From IMG/VR virus record IMGVR_UViG_3300043959_000228: a stretch of DNA of 64,000 bases; one strand, written 5' to 3'. Made by a program: the position numbers and the translations under genes. The notes under the pieces were generated by a model that saw only the letters and a program-made list of their open reading frames with translations, had not been told where the DNA came from and ran no database searches. This document shows positions 10,970 to 20,879 of this stretch, one piece after another (positions within the stretch are counted from its first letter, which is position 1; each line of letters starts with the position of its first letter). This stretch comes from a virus (Duplodnaviria; Caudoviricetes).

Positions 10970-12334
10970 ATGGCTACTATTACGAAATACCGCTGTTCTA
11001 ACTGTCATTCAGTACGGACGTCTGATACTGGTGCATGTCCATCATGCGGATTATATGGAACCATGGAGTTAGTAGTTGAATCGTCTGCTGGACGAAAGAT
11101 ATCTTCGAAAAACACGACTCCACCATCAGGATTATGGACTGTTTCTGAATTGAACAAAGAAGACAATCAGAAAATGTCTACTGGCGTTAAAGAATTCGAT
11201 CGATTGCTTGGTGGGGGTCTGGTCAATGGACAAGTTGTTCTTATTGGTGCTGAGCCTGGTTTTGGTAAATCAACATTATGCTTAGAAATATTGGGTAAGA
11301 TCGCAGGATCTGGTAAGCCAGTATTATATGCATCTGGTGAGGAGTCAGCAATACAGATAGGTGAGCGTGCAAGAAGATTAGGCGAGACATCAGACAATTT
11401 GAAGATTATTAGTACCACGTCTGTAGAGGACGTCATGCAACAGGCTGACGCTATTGAGGCCGAGATTGTATGTGTTGATAGCCTGCAAGCTATGGCTTCA
11501 GCTTCAGTTGATGGAAGTATAGGTGGGATCAGTCAGTCTAAAGAGGCTAGTCTTGCCTTCAAGGATTATGCGAAGAGGACGAATGTGCCATTTTTGCTTA
11601 TTAGTCAGTTTACGAAGAGTGATGAGGTCGCTGGTTCGAATCAAATTCCTCACGTCGTGGACACCATCCTTGTAGGAGACGCTGATAAGGATACGCCATT
11701 GAAATTCTTGAGATCAAGGAAGAACAGGTATGGCGTTACTGGCGTGACTGGTGTGTTCGTCCACGAGAACAATGGATTACGGTCAGTTCAGGATCCATCA
11801 CGATACCTGATGGGAGCAATGAACGCTGATTTGGCCGGATCGGCTATGACTATGATTTCAGACGGCGGTCGCCTCCTACCAGTAGAGATTGACGCTTTAG
11901 TAGCACCAGCAGCCTATGGTAATCCTCAACGAAGATTTGATGGTCTGCAATCTCAACGAGCAACTACCCGCGTAGCAAGATTAATGGTCAGCGCGGAGGA
12001 ATTAAATCTAGACCAGAACGATGTTTTCGTTGGATCTGTCAACGGTATTAAAATCAATGACGCCTCATCTGATCTGGCCATGTTAGCGTCTATCGTATCG
12101 TCAGCTCTTCATCAACCACCGAATGAATACACTATGTGGATTGGCGAAGTTTCATTGACCGGACAAGTCAGGGGTCGTACAATGATTCAAGAGAAGGTTC
12201 GGGAAGCTATACGATTAGGATTTAGTCGAGTAATCATTCCGTCAATGGCTATTGACGCTATACCGAAGTCATTATCTCATAAAATTACTGTGACGCCAGT
12301 CGATATGATTGAGGACATCCTCCATCTTATTTAA
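10970..12334 (+). CDS. radA: DNA repair protein RadA/Sms
   Basis: C4 zinc finger CSNC...CPSC, Walker A GAEPGFGKST, SGEES, KNRYG motif, Lon-like C-domain (GEVSLTG). Confidence 0.93.
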   Translation: MATITKYRCSNCHSVRTSDTGACPSCGLYGTMELVVESSAGRKISSKNTTPPSGLWTVSELNKEDNQKMSTGVKEFDRLLGGGLVNGQVVLIGAEPGFGKSTLCLEILGKIAGSGKPVLYASGEESAIQIGERARRLGETSDNLKIISTTSVEDVMQQADAIEAEIVCVDSLQAMASASVDGSIGGISQSKEASLAFKDYAKRTNVPFLLISQFTKSDEVAGSNQIPHVVDTILVGDADKDTPLKFLRSRKNRYGVTGVTGVFVHENNGLRSVQDPSRYLMGAMNADLAGSAMTMISDGGRLLPVEIDALVAPAAYGNPQRRFDGLQSQRATTRVARLMVSAEELNLDQNDVFVGSVNGIKINDASSDLAMLASIVSSALHQPPNEYTMWIGEVSLTGQVRGRTMIQEKVREAIRLGFSRVIIPSMAIDAIPKSLSHKITVTPVDMIEDILHLI

Positions 12335-12340
12335 GGTATA

Positions 12341-12829
12341 ATGAGTATTATGAATGAAGATCAGGACGAACTCACAGAACTGGGGTCATCATCGATAGAT
12401 CTGCCGGAGATGGTCAATCCTTTCCCGTTTGAGAAGGATTACGTGCCTCAGACGATTCTATCCATGAAGATCGAACAGGTTGGTGATTATAACGATATGG
12501 CTGCGATTAATCAAGCTATTGATACGGTTCGCATAGCCATGTTCAAAATCAACGAGAATCTTCGTGTAGCTGAGGCCAAGGTAGCGTCAGCTAAAATCGC
12601 TTATGATCGAAATTACAATCGATCGTACATCCTTGCTAGCGACGCTAAGACAGAGGGCGTGCGTAAGGCCATCGCGCAGATCAAATCTGAAGCATATGAG
12701 AACAAGCTCGTTGTCAGACAGGACATCGTCCGAGAATTAATACGACGAACCAGACTTATGGCTAATGAATTAGAGGCTCTAAAAACGTTGTCATATAACG
12801 TTAGAAAGGAGATGGATTCATCACGATGA
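12341..12829 (+). CDS. Coiled-coil hypothetical protein (possible UvsY-like recombination mediator)
   Basis: All-helical 162 aa protein cotranscribed with radA; the function is a guess. Confidence 0.5.
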   Translation: MSIMNEDQDELTELGSSSIDLPEMVNPFPFEKDYVPQTILSMKIEQVGDYNDMAAINQAIDTVRIAMFKINENLRVAEAKVASAKIAYDRNYNRSYILASDAKTEGVRKAIAQIKSEAYENKLVVRQDIVRELIRRTRLMANELEALKTLSYNVRKEMDSSR

Positions 12830-14478
12830 AAAAGACCATACTACGAAGAACGCCGCAGGCTATAATGACAATCGTCGGATTCATTCTACTCATAGCGTTC
12901 GCCGGTATCTTTATCTACACCGCTAGGACATGGAAAACCGTTAATGATCCCGTCATTAAACCAAATCCTTATTCAACGCATTATCAAGCTTCCGATTATC
13001 CTGCAAAAACTTTTATGTCCAAGGTTCTGTCTACACCTCCTGACGGCGTGACGGCCTCTGATTGGAAAGTTTCAGAGGATCATAAGGCTGACACTGAGGC
13101 GAATATTCTTCCAGAATCCTGTGATGCCCCAACCCAACCTAAATCATTGCTAAGCAGTAAGTCAGCTTCTGGAGGCGGTATCAAAATCGTTATAGCCGTT
13201 TTCGGATCTGGTCAAGCGCGATCACAATATCAATCATACGCGAAAGCTCTAGCTGATTGTCAGACAGTCCAGTCAGATGATACATCATCGTCATATAATG
13301 CTGGATTGCTTATGACAAAGGGTGACGCTATCATCAGTTTACAGAACACGTCTACCACACCATTGGCTACTATACAATCATGGTTACAACGCCGTGTAGA
13401 CGACTCTTTGACAGCAACATCGTGTGTATCTACTGACGAGAGCATTGATGATGCGAAACGATCGTTCTATTATGATCAGAGTTCATATAGTGGTACATTC
13501 ACGCAGGAGGTCGTAACGGTTAACGACCCTATGATCGTTATATCAAGTCCTCAGAGTCTATCAAATACGAATATGAACATCGAAGCGACGTTTGTCGATC
13601 CATCCTCGTCTAAGACCGTAGTTCCAGAATCTCCATTACCAGCAGGCATGGCATCTAGCATTCCTTCAGCACCAGGCAGGCCAGCTGTCACCTCAATGCC
13701 AGTAAAACCATCTAATCAGCAAACAGTAACATACCAAATAGCTGATACGAAGGGTCCAGGATGCGGATGGTACTGGTCAGGTCAACAAGCTCCCGTATTC
13801 TCTAAGGACGTCATATCGAAGAATAAAAAGACGATTATTACTGCTGCTCGAAAGGAATTACGATCAAATATCGCATCGTATAATCAGCGTGCTGCATCAT
13901 GGTCAACAGTGACGTCGTTATCCTTCAATACTCGTACATCATGGGATTCATATACAAATCAGGTGAATGCTGTTTATGCTTCATGGAATGATTTACGTTC
14001 TAAACGAGCGTCAGTTCGATCTGCTTGGTATCAATATGTCGAGGACTACACGACGTGGTCACAATGGGATCAGAAGAAAGCAGACGCTCAGACACAATGG
14101 GATAAAGATGTCAGTAGTTGTGTGGCCAAGGCTAAACAGGACTATGATCAAGCAAAGCAACAATCAGCGGAAGCGTCAGCCTCCGCATCAGCATCGGCTT
14201 CTCCTTCGCCCTCACCATCTGACTCTGACTCTCCGTCTCCATCACCATCTGATTCATCGTCTACGGCTTCTCCATCACCATCGACTACACCATCAGAGAC
14301 CCCTGAGGAGAAGGCCGCTGATGACGCTGCATATGCTAAGATGCAGACTGATTGTTCGTCCAGTGTAGCGAAGCCATCGATATTAACGGCTACGAAACCT
14401 GGAAATCCGGTTAGACCAGCTATCCCATCTGGTATGACTATGCCTGCATCATGGCCTACGGTTAATGATGGTCAATAA
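12826..14478 (+). CDS. Secreted/membrane-anchored Cys-containing protein with Ser/Pro-rich region
   Basis: N-terminal TM, paired Cys, SASASASPSPSP low-complexity tract. Confidence 0.7.
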   Translation: MKKTILRRTPQAIMTIVGFILLIAFAGIFIYTARTWKTVNDPVIKPNPYSTHYQASDYPAKTFMSKVLSTPPDGVTASDWKVSEDHKADTEANILPESCDAPTQPKSLLSSKSASGGGIKIVIAVFGSGQARSQYQSYAKALADCQTVQSDDTSSSYNAGLLMTKGDAIISLQNTSTTPLATIQSWLQRRVDDSLTATSCVSTDESIDDAKRSFYYDQSSYSGTFTQEVVTVNDPMIVISSPQSLSNTNMNIEATFVDPSSSKTVVPESPLPAGMASSIPSAPGRPAVTSMPVKPSNQQTVTYQIADTKGPGCGWYWSGQQAPVFSKDVISKNKKTIITAARKELRSNIASYNQRAASWSTVTSLSFNTRTSWDSYTNQVNAVYASWNDLRSKRASVRSAWYQYVEDYTTWSQWDQKKADAQTQWDKDVSSCVAKAKQDYDQAKQQSAEASASASASASPSPSPSDSDSPSPSPSDSSSTASPSPSTTPSETPEEKAADDAAYAKMQTDCSSSVAKPSILTATKPGNPVRPAIPSGMTMPASWPTVNDGQ

Positions 14479-14581
14479 TTTTTGCACAATAACATCGTTT
14501 CATTATTACGTTGGTAATATGTATCTCATGATCGAATGGCGGTCATGAAGTATATGGAACATAAGAAGTAAGGAGATTATA

Positions 14582-15064
14582 ATGAGCTCAGGATACGGAT
14601 TCGCGGCTTTCAATGGTGGCGTCACATGGATTGGTGAACCAAGGAAGACGAAAGCTGGAAAGACTGTTGTCAATTTTAGTGTTGCTGTTTCTAAGGACAG
14701 AAAGAATGATGATGGTACCTGGACGCAGGATGGAGGCGGTAAGTATTTCGAGTCCGTCACCGCTTTCGGAAGGCTAGCCGATAATGTACTAACCACCTTC
14801 AAGCCGGGTGATCGAGTGATCGTCATTGGTGAGCGTGATCCGAAGCCAAGTTATACTGATGGTAAGGGCGTTGAGCACCAGAATGAGAATCAGGTAACGG
14901 CCAAGGCTGTCGGCCCGAACGTCGAAATGTGGCCGTGGAAGGCTATCAGAGAGTCATCGGGTGAGAACACCTCTCGTCCGAAGGCTGCTACTCAGCATCA
15001 TTCCGCACCGAAGGCCGCACCAGTAACATCGTCAAGTGACGATGATGAAGAGGACGATTGGTGA
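14582..15064 (+). CDS. ssb: Single-stranded DNA-binding protein
   Basis: OB fold (TKAGKTVVNFSVAV, VTAFGRLADNV, KPGDRVIVIG) with acidic C-tail DDDEEDDW. Confidence 0.9.
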   Translation: MSSGYGFAAFNGGVTWIGEPRKTKAGKTVVNFSVAVSKDRKNDDGTWTQDGGGKYFESVTAFGRLADNVLTTFKPGDRVIVIGERDPKPSYTDGKGVEHQNENQVTAKAVGPNVEMWPWKAIRESSGENTSRPKAATQHHSAPKAAPVTSSSDDDEEDDW

Positions 15065-15092
15065 TCATATCGTAACATTATCATGTTACACC

Positions 15093-15132
15093 AACAGGAC
15101 AGTAACAATCGTGTTGCTGTCCTGTTCTTTTT
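15093..15132 (+). terminator. Intrinsic terminator of ssb
   Basis: AACAGGACAGTAACA-atcg-TGTTGCTGTCCTGTT hairpin followed by CTTTTT. Confidence 0.8.
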
Positions 15133-15153
15133 ATATAGGTATAATGTATCATT

Positions 15154-16785
15154 TGCAGTAAAATATCTTTTATAGCACACGCCATACTATCATACGAATA
15201 ATATGACCATGGTATAATGTGATTATCACACGATAAGACGAGGAGGAGTAGATGACCAGTAAGACACTCGTCTACACTCGCTCCTACAAGCTCGCGGCCC
15301 CCGCTAACAAGGGGAAGATCAACAGGATCAGAGACCTAATCCACGAGTACCAGCACGGCCTCACCATCCTAGTAGCCGTTATGGACAGGAACCTGACACG
15401 AAACGCCGCGCTACCAGGCAAGTACACTAACTCGAGAGCCATCCTCCACCTCTCCGCTCGGCAGACCCAGTCCTGTTACGCGCAGGCCAGGGAATCATAC
15501 GCTTCCTGGCTCTGCTCCCTACAAAAGACTGTGAAGCTGATCATCACGCTCAGTACCCTCGACGCGCACACGAGGGATGTCCTCTACAGGCTGAATTACC
15601 GCATGGCATGGTACGCGAAGACCTACGAACTGGACTGGATCGTCACTAGCGACGGCGCGCTTATCCACCCCACTACAGTGGAACGAAGAGATGGTAAGAC
15701 AATGATGCTTCCCGTGAGTAGTGAGCATCTCTGGCTCATGAGACGCATTGTGAAGCGCGCTCGCAGGGTGAATCACCGCCCAATCCTCGGGCATGAGACC
15801 ACGTTAAAACTAGACGAGAAGAGCGCTGTCCTAGAGGAGTCCAAGGGGACGGGCTTCTCATGGTGGCTACGAACGAGCACACTGGATAGGGGTCACCCCG
15901 TACTCATACCAGTAAAGGATAACAGGTTCTTCGCTAGGAGGCGCGTTGGTGGAAGACTCCTGAATCATGTCCAACTCGCGTTAAAGAGTGACACGCTGAG
16001 TGTGTCAACCGTAATAGAGAAGCCATGCGCCCCGCTCCGCGAGGATGGTGACGTGATCGCCTTTGATTGGGGTCTCGTGAGCCTGTTCACACTCCCTGAC
16101 GGGCGTATGCTCGGCCGGTCAGCCCTGGCTGAGTTGAAACGATTAGACGCCATGCTCATGAATCGCGTGAGAGATCTTACTAGCCGGGGTGAGCGTCTCA
16201 GGGATGACTTGTATTACAATGCTCTAGTATCCAGGAGTCGGAGTCTCATGGAGAACGAGATTGGGCGCCTGCTGAACATGCTAGCCAGAACGGCCAGGGA
16301 GATCGTGGTTGAGGACTTGGATTTCAGGGGTGGCGGACTCTCAAAAAGGATGAATCGTATCATATCGAGAGCGGGTCGTGGGTTCTTGAAGCGGAAGCTG
16401 CAAGCGTTACACGAGGAAAAGGGCATTATCGTAACTAAGATTGATCCTGCGTACACCTCGCAGGAGTGCTCCTCGTGTGGTCACGTCTCGAATCGGAATC
16501 GGCGCGATCAGGCTAGGTTTAAGTGTGAGTGCTGCGGACGGGCTCTGAACGCGGACGTGAATGCTGCTCGCATCATCGGAGGACGTTCCTCCGATGTCTT
16601 ACCCAGGGGCCGGGGCGCGGCCCATCGTAAAACACTCTATGACGTGCTGGAGAACCGTCACCGTGCTTCGTGTGGTGCATGGCTGGCACGTCACACGACG
16701 GCCGGCTTGTAGATCCGGTCGGTGACGGTGATACTCTCGTCTCGTGTCTCGGGATTGTTTGCTTGTTATAAACATTTCGAGTTAC
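15154..16785 (+). mobile_element. Solo TnpB element (IS200/IS605-IS607 related, no tnpA), flanked by a 14-bp direct repeat
   Basis: Visibly more GC-rich than its flanks; TATAATGTATCATT at 15140-15153 and 16786-16799; subterminal hairpin 16748-16781. Confidence 0.6.
15252..16712 (+). CDS. tnpB: RNA-guided endonuclease TnpB
   Basis: RuvC-I IAFDWG, RuvC-II IVVEDL, PAYTSQECSSCG...FKCECCG zinc ribbon, RuvC-III NADVNAA; all three catalytic residues present. Confidence 0.92.
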   Translation: MTSKTLVYTRSYKLAAPANKGKINRIRDLIHEYQHGLTILVAVMDRNLTRNAALPGKYTNSRAILHLSARQTQSCYAQARESYASWLCSLQKTVKLIITLSTLDAHTRDVLYRLNYRMAWYAKTYELDWIVTSDGALIHPTTVERRDGKTMMLPVSSEHLWLMRRIVKRARRVNHRPILGHETTLKLDEKSAVLEESKGTGFSWWLRTSTLDRGHPVLIPVKDNRFFARRRVGGRLLNHVQLALKSDTLSVSTVIEKPCAPLREDGDVIAFDWGLVSLFTLPDGRMLGRSALAELKRLDAMLMNRVRDLTSRGERLRDDLYYNALVSRSRSLMENEIGRLLNMLARTAREIVVEDLDFRGGGLSKRMNRIISRAGRGFLKRKLQALHEEKGIIVTKIDPAYTSQECSSCGHVSNRNRRDQARFKCECCGRALNADVNAARIIGGRSSDVLPRGRGAAHRKTLYDVLENRHRASCGAWLARHTTAGL

Positions 16786-16805
16786 TATAATGTATCATTG
16801 TCTTT
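16600..16805 (+). ncRNA. Predicted TnpB omega-RNA (scaffold ending GTTAC at 16785, guide from 16786)
   Basis: Hairpins at ~16698-16723 and 16748-16781; GTGAC (16722-16726) can pair with terminal GTTAC as a pseudoknot; the 5' boundary is approximate. Confidence 0.5.
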
Positions 16806-16854
16806 ATATCTTAATGTCAATAATACTTACAGGAAATACAGGAGAACAAATCAT

Positions 16855-17652
16855 ATGGCTATCTTTAGAAGGTCACAGGAAGAACATGATGATATTGATC
16901 CTATGGACACTATCAAAGGCAACGAGGCCTGGGAGACCATATTTGACTCTAAGAAGAGCGGTATTGAGGACATTAAGGGTATCAAGTTAGAGAAAAGCTC
17001 TAATCGAAAGAAAATTCTCATTATAGCTGCATCAATAGTGACCATCATGGCTTTAGGATTTGGAGGATATTGCCTATATGATTATATGATGTCACTGCGA
17101 AATAATCAAATTGTTAATAATGAGCAACCATCAACATCTTCTAGCCAATCAGTGAATCAGAATGGATTGAAGAACCCAGCAGCTGACGCTAATGATATTA
17201 ACGGTTCATTATCAGGACCTGTACAAATCACCGTCGAGGATAACAGGAACGTTGCTTTGAATCTCCCTGATAAGAAAAAGCATACTCTTGTATTTCCAGC
17301 TCTTACTGATAACATCACAGTGTCATCAGATGACTGCACTTTGAAGAATCAGGCAGCTAATTGTTATCTAGGGACATCAAAAGTCAACGATCAAAATATC
17401 AGCATCTATGCTATCCGCGACGCTAAAAGTAGTTCCTTGTTATACGCCTCGACTGATTATAAAGTGACGCCATCAAATGGAGCTGGTTTAGCTTATGTTC
17501 GTAAAATGACGGTGTCTGATAAGAAGGACGTGACTGCGCTAATTATTGTCTTCAAGGATCAGACAGGTGTCATACTGACGTCTGATAACGCTGACGCAAT
17601 CACCTCGTTAGCTGCAGGAGACACACATTTTAACGCTATGGCGTCAGAATAA
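16855..17652 (+). CDS. Single-TM membrane protein
   Basis: Start reassigned to ATG 16855 after the AGGAG SD; one TM. Confidence 0.7.
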   Translation: MAIFRRSQEEHDDIDPMDTIKGNEAWETIFDSKKSGIEDIKGIKLEKSSNRKKILIIAASIVTIMALGFGGYCLYDYMMSLRNNQIVNNEQPSTSSSQSVNQNGLKNPAADANDINGSLSGPVQITVEDNRNVALNLPDKKKHTLVFPALTDNITVSSDDCTLKNQAANCYLGTSKVNDQNISIYAIRDAKSSSLLYASTDYKVTPSNGAGLAYVRKMTVSDKKDVTALIIVFKDQTGVILTSDNADAITSLAAGDTHFNAMASE

Positions 17653-17680
17653 TCGATATTTCACCAATGAGGACAGTCAT

Positions 17681-18766
17681 ATGACCAGTAATCTATTCGG
17701 TACCATACCATCTTCACAGGACGAAGACTTAGTCTTGTCTAAGCAGGCCGTGATGACTCGTGAGGGTCTAAAGATGGAGATGACGAATCAAGATGATCAA
17801 CAGAAAATCCAGAACGTCAGTCTTTCGAACAGCTTCATATCAGCATTACAGCAATGTCCAGCCAAGGCGGCAGCTGACAAATGGTTACTGAAAGACATCC
17901 TTCCTGATGACCCATTAAGCCCAATGGTCTTAGGATCAGCTTTTCATAAGGTCATGGAAGTATTCTTCCATTATCAGTCAAAGGATAGAACGGTTGATGG
18001 TATCCGTCTAGCATTTGACGCCATGTTGAAAGACAAGGACTTAAGTATCATCGGAACCGATGAGAAGGCTCTTCATTGGGTGCAGAATGCTGTCAACAAA
18101 TATTGGACTCTCGGATTAGAGGATCCTAAGAGCATTACGATTCCTGAAGTCACTATCCACCATGATGGAAAGTATGGTCCATATGATAAGACGGAAGTAG
18201 GATTGGAGTTATTCATTGATGGTCAGATTGGACAGGCCTCAAGGAAGACCCTAGGATTCATTGATCGATTGATTATTGATCCAGATTCTAATAACAATGA
18301 ATTTATTGTTGATGATTGGAAGACTGGTAAGAAGGCCTCAGATTATCTTCCCAAGATCCAGAAATTCCCAGATTTCGGATATGTCCGACAACAGGTTCTT
18401 TACAGTATGATGATGGAGCAGGCGGGATTTCCAATATCCAAGGCAAGGCTCATCTACCCTATAGCAAAATATGAGGATCCTACGTCACATGAGATCTCTA
18501 ATGGCCATGTCAGTATTATCGATGTGCATCGTGATGATTATCGAGAGCAGGCCGTGAAAGACGTCGAAGAGGCTGATCGTACGATCAATGTATCGTTAGA
18601 GACTAATACCTGGGAATGCTCATCATCTCCATTATGCTCATGGTGCCCTCTGGTGAACGTCTGTCCAGCAGCATTCAAACTCAATAAGGCAAATGCCGTA
18701 GAGGCTCGTAAGAACGCTCCTACGCCAGCATTTTACAAAACTCATGGTATTGTTGCAAGCACATGA
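17681..18766 (+). CDS. PD-(D/E)XK RecB/AddB/Cas4-like nuclease with 4Fe-4S staple
   Basis: QQCPAK, LGSAFH, GFIDRL, VDDWKTG, QQVLY, C-terminal CSWCPLVNVCP. Confidence 0.85.
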   Translation: MTSNLFGTIPSSQDEDLVLSKQAVMTREGLKMEMTNQDDQQKIQNVSLSNSFISALQQCPAKAAADKWLLKDILPDDPLSPMVLGSAFHKVMEVFFHYQSKDRTVDGIRLAFDAMLKDKDLSIIGTDEKALHWVQNAVNKYWTLGLEDPKSITIPEVTIHHDGKYGPYDKTEVGLELFIDGQIGQASRKTLGFIDRLIIDPDSNNNEFIVDDWKTGKKASDYLPKIQKFPDFGYVRQQVLYSMMMEQAGFPISKARLIYPIAKYEDPTSHEISNGHVSIIDVHRDDYREQAVKDVEEADRTINVSLETNTWECSSSPLCSWCPLVNVCPAAFKLNKANAVEARKNAPTPAFYKTHGIVAST

Positions 18767-18904
18767 GATCTCGCGTCTAATCCTGATTCTCGGCTCATCT
18801 AGTATAACGTATCATCTGAGGGCTTTTACGGCCAGTACCAATCTGAATAGGCTCAGAACATGACTCTTTACTCATGTTCTGAGCCTAACTAGATCTAATC
18901 ATCT
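18766..18904. repeat. Repeat family B, copy 1 (~140 bp, with perfect 16-bp stem hairpin)
   Basis: Colinear without indels with 53951-54089; TAGGCTCAGAACATGA...TCATGTTCTGAGCCTA. Confidence 0.9.
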
Positions 18905-18978
18905 TATATATTGTCGATATTTCCTTAAAGATATATTCACGATACGGATATGGCGTCCAATCATCAATTGATGGTATT

Positions 18979-20469
18979 ATGAAAATCATGAATGAATTGA
19001 CCGCTTATGAAGAGGCTCAGAATGGTCTCATAAGTTCCCTTCTCTATCTACCTGGTAGGGTGAAGGATGTTATTGATCTTATCCACGAGGAAGATTTCGA
19101 TAATGGTCGTTTGCAGACAATCTGGAAAGCCATTGTCTATCTTGATAGACATGATCAGGCCATCGACTATCCGAATATCATATCCATCATCAATTCTAAG
19201 AATAAAACGGCTGAGGTCGGTGGCGTCGCGGAGATTCAACGTCTTTTCAATGAGGGCGCTATTAGCGCGAGTATGTCTACTATAGAGACCTACGCTCAGG
19301 TTGTTAAGAATGAGGCCGTCAAGAGGTCATTGCAACCAGTATTCAGTGAATTGTCCGATAGAGCAGGACAAGCCGGTGGCAACGCTAAGAAGCTCATCGA
19401 GTCAGGTAAGTCTGCTCTTGACGAAGAGCTAATGCACCTCTCATCTGATTCAGATGTTGTTAAGGTCAGTGATTATTTCGATGATTATATGGACGATTTG
19501 AGTCAGAAGAGGAAGCTTTATAAGGAATTCGGCAATAACCCTCTAGCCGCTCAGAATGGTATTGCCTCGGGATTCAAAACCATTGATAAGTATGTAGGAG
19601 GATTCTTACCAGGACAGGTCATTACGGTTGGTGCCAGAACCAGCATTGGTAAATCATTCCTGCTTACCGATTTTGCTCTATGCGCAGCTAACTCAGGTGT
19701 TCCAGTCCTCTTCTTCAATCTTGAAATGCTTCCATCCGAGATCATGAATCGACTCATAGCTGCTAACTCGAATATTCTCCTCACCCATCTGAAAGAGGGA
19801 TCACTGAGTGACGATGAATTTAATAAGGTTATGGCCTCTAGGGAAGAGATCAAAAGGCTTCCCATTGAGATTGACTCCACAGCTGGAATTACGGTTGATC
19901 ATATCAGAGCTAAATCACAGCAGAAAGCGACGAGCCCTGAAGGATTAGGCATGGTTGCTATCGATTATCTCCAGTTAGTCAAGATGAATAGTGGCATGAC
20001 GAATGACGATAATCGCCAGCAACAGGTTGCCAATATGTCTAGGGACATTAAGATGTTGTCTATGAGCTTAAAGATTCCTATTATTCAGGCCGTCATGTTG
20101 AATCGTATGAAGCGTGGTGATGAGAATCCGATGCCAACAAGAGACGATATTCGAGAGTCTGGATCAATTGCGTCTGACTCGTCTGTCGTCATTCTTATTC
20201 ACAGGGATTCAGGTGAGGCTCATAAAAGCGATGACGCGACGTTTATCATCGATAAGAATCGTAATGGACGTGATCATGTCTATTTCAAATGCCATAACGT
20301 ATTGAAATACGCTAAATTCGTCGAGGTCGAGAATCAGATAGACGACGACGCTGATCTAGACGGAGATGGAACGCCACCTCCTCTTCCAACGGATAAGATA
20401 GATACTAATGGTAAGATTGCGGCACAGGATGATCGTGACGTTTTTGATGAAGATGAGGATGATTTGTGA
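18979..20469 (+). CDS. dnaB: Replicative DNA helicase
   Basis: DnaB N-domain; SGFKTID, GARTSIGKS, FFNLEM, IDYLQL, DIRESGSI, KNRNG. Confidence 0.92.
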   Translation: MKIMNELTAYEEAQNGLISSLLYLPGRVKDVIDLIHEEDFDNGRLQTIWKAIVYLDRHDQAIDYPNIISIINSKNKTAEVGGVAEIQRLFNEGAISASMSTIETYAQVVKNEAVKRSLQPVFSELSDRAGQAGGNAKKLIESGKSALDEELMHLSSDSDVVKVSDYFDDYMDDLSQKRKLYKEFGNNPLAAQNGIASGFKTIDKYVGGFLPGQVITVGARTSIGKSFLLTDFALCAANSGVPVLFFNLEMLPSEIMNRLIAANSNILLTHLKEGSLSDDEFNKVMASREEIKRLPIEIDSTAGITVDHIRAKSQQKATSPEGLGMVAIDYLQLVKMNSGMTNDDNRQQQVANMSRDIKMLSMSLKIPIIQAVMLNRMKRGDENPMPTRDDIRESGSIASDSSVVILIHRDSGEAHKSDDATFIIDKNRNGRDHVYFKCHNVLKYAKFVEVENQIDDDADLDGDGTPPPLPTDKIDTNGKIAAQDDRDVFDEDEDDL

Positions 20470-20879
20470 TGAGTGACCCGTATTATAAGAGAGCAGTTCA
20501 TTCTCCGTTGTTCCCAGATGTTCACCTTGTTGATGATCGTGATAAGGCCAAGGCGTTCATAGGAAGATTTCAGAAAGCCGATGATGGTTTAGTGTATCAA
20601 CAATATATGGTTGATTATGCCGGCGGCAATGGATCCTATGATATTAATAATAAGATGCTTGAGAACATGTATAGGAAGTACTATATCAGTGGATTATGGG
20701 AAACCATGAAATTCATCAAGATCACGTTCTGGATTCTTGAACATCATTACGATATCAATACGTTCTCCTATGATAAGGTCGGACGGATATATGATCGAGG
20801 AAGATTGTCTAATGGTAAGTTAGAGGATATGGATTATGATACGATTATGTGGATCATCACTGGGGAGGACGAGGCATGA
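20466..20879 (+). CDS. Hypothetical protein in the dnaB operon
   Basis: Translationally coupled (overlapping stop/start) on both sides. Confidence 0.65.
   Translation: MMSDPYYKRAVHSPLFPDVHLVDDRDKAKAFIGRFQKADDGLVYQQYMVDYAGGNGSYDINNKMLENMYRKYYISGLWETMKFIKITFWILEHHYDINTFSYDKVGRIYDRGRLSNGKLEDMDYDTIMWIITGEDEA

Noticed and set aside
14160-14310. Ser/Pro/Ala low-complexity tracts (also ~7670-7760 and ~44480-44570) as DNA repeats
   Set aside because: These are ordinary protein linker sequences with no conserved nucleotide unit.
15252-16712. Nuclease-dead TnpB (TldR) or a Cas12f CRISPR effector
   Set aside because: All three RuvC acidic residues are present, and there is no CRISPR array.
17681-18904. 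Cas4-like nuclease plus adjacent hairpin as a CRISPR-Cas locus
   Set aside because: No repeat-spacer array and no cas1/cas2; solo RecB/Cas4-like nucleases are common on mobile elements.
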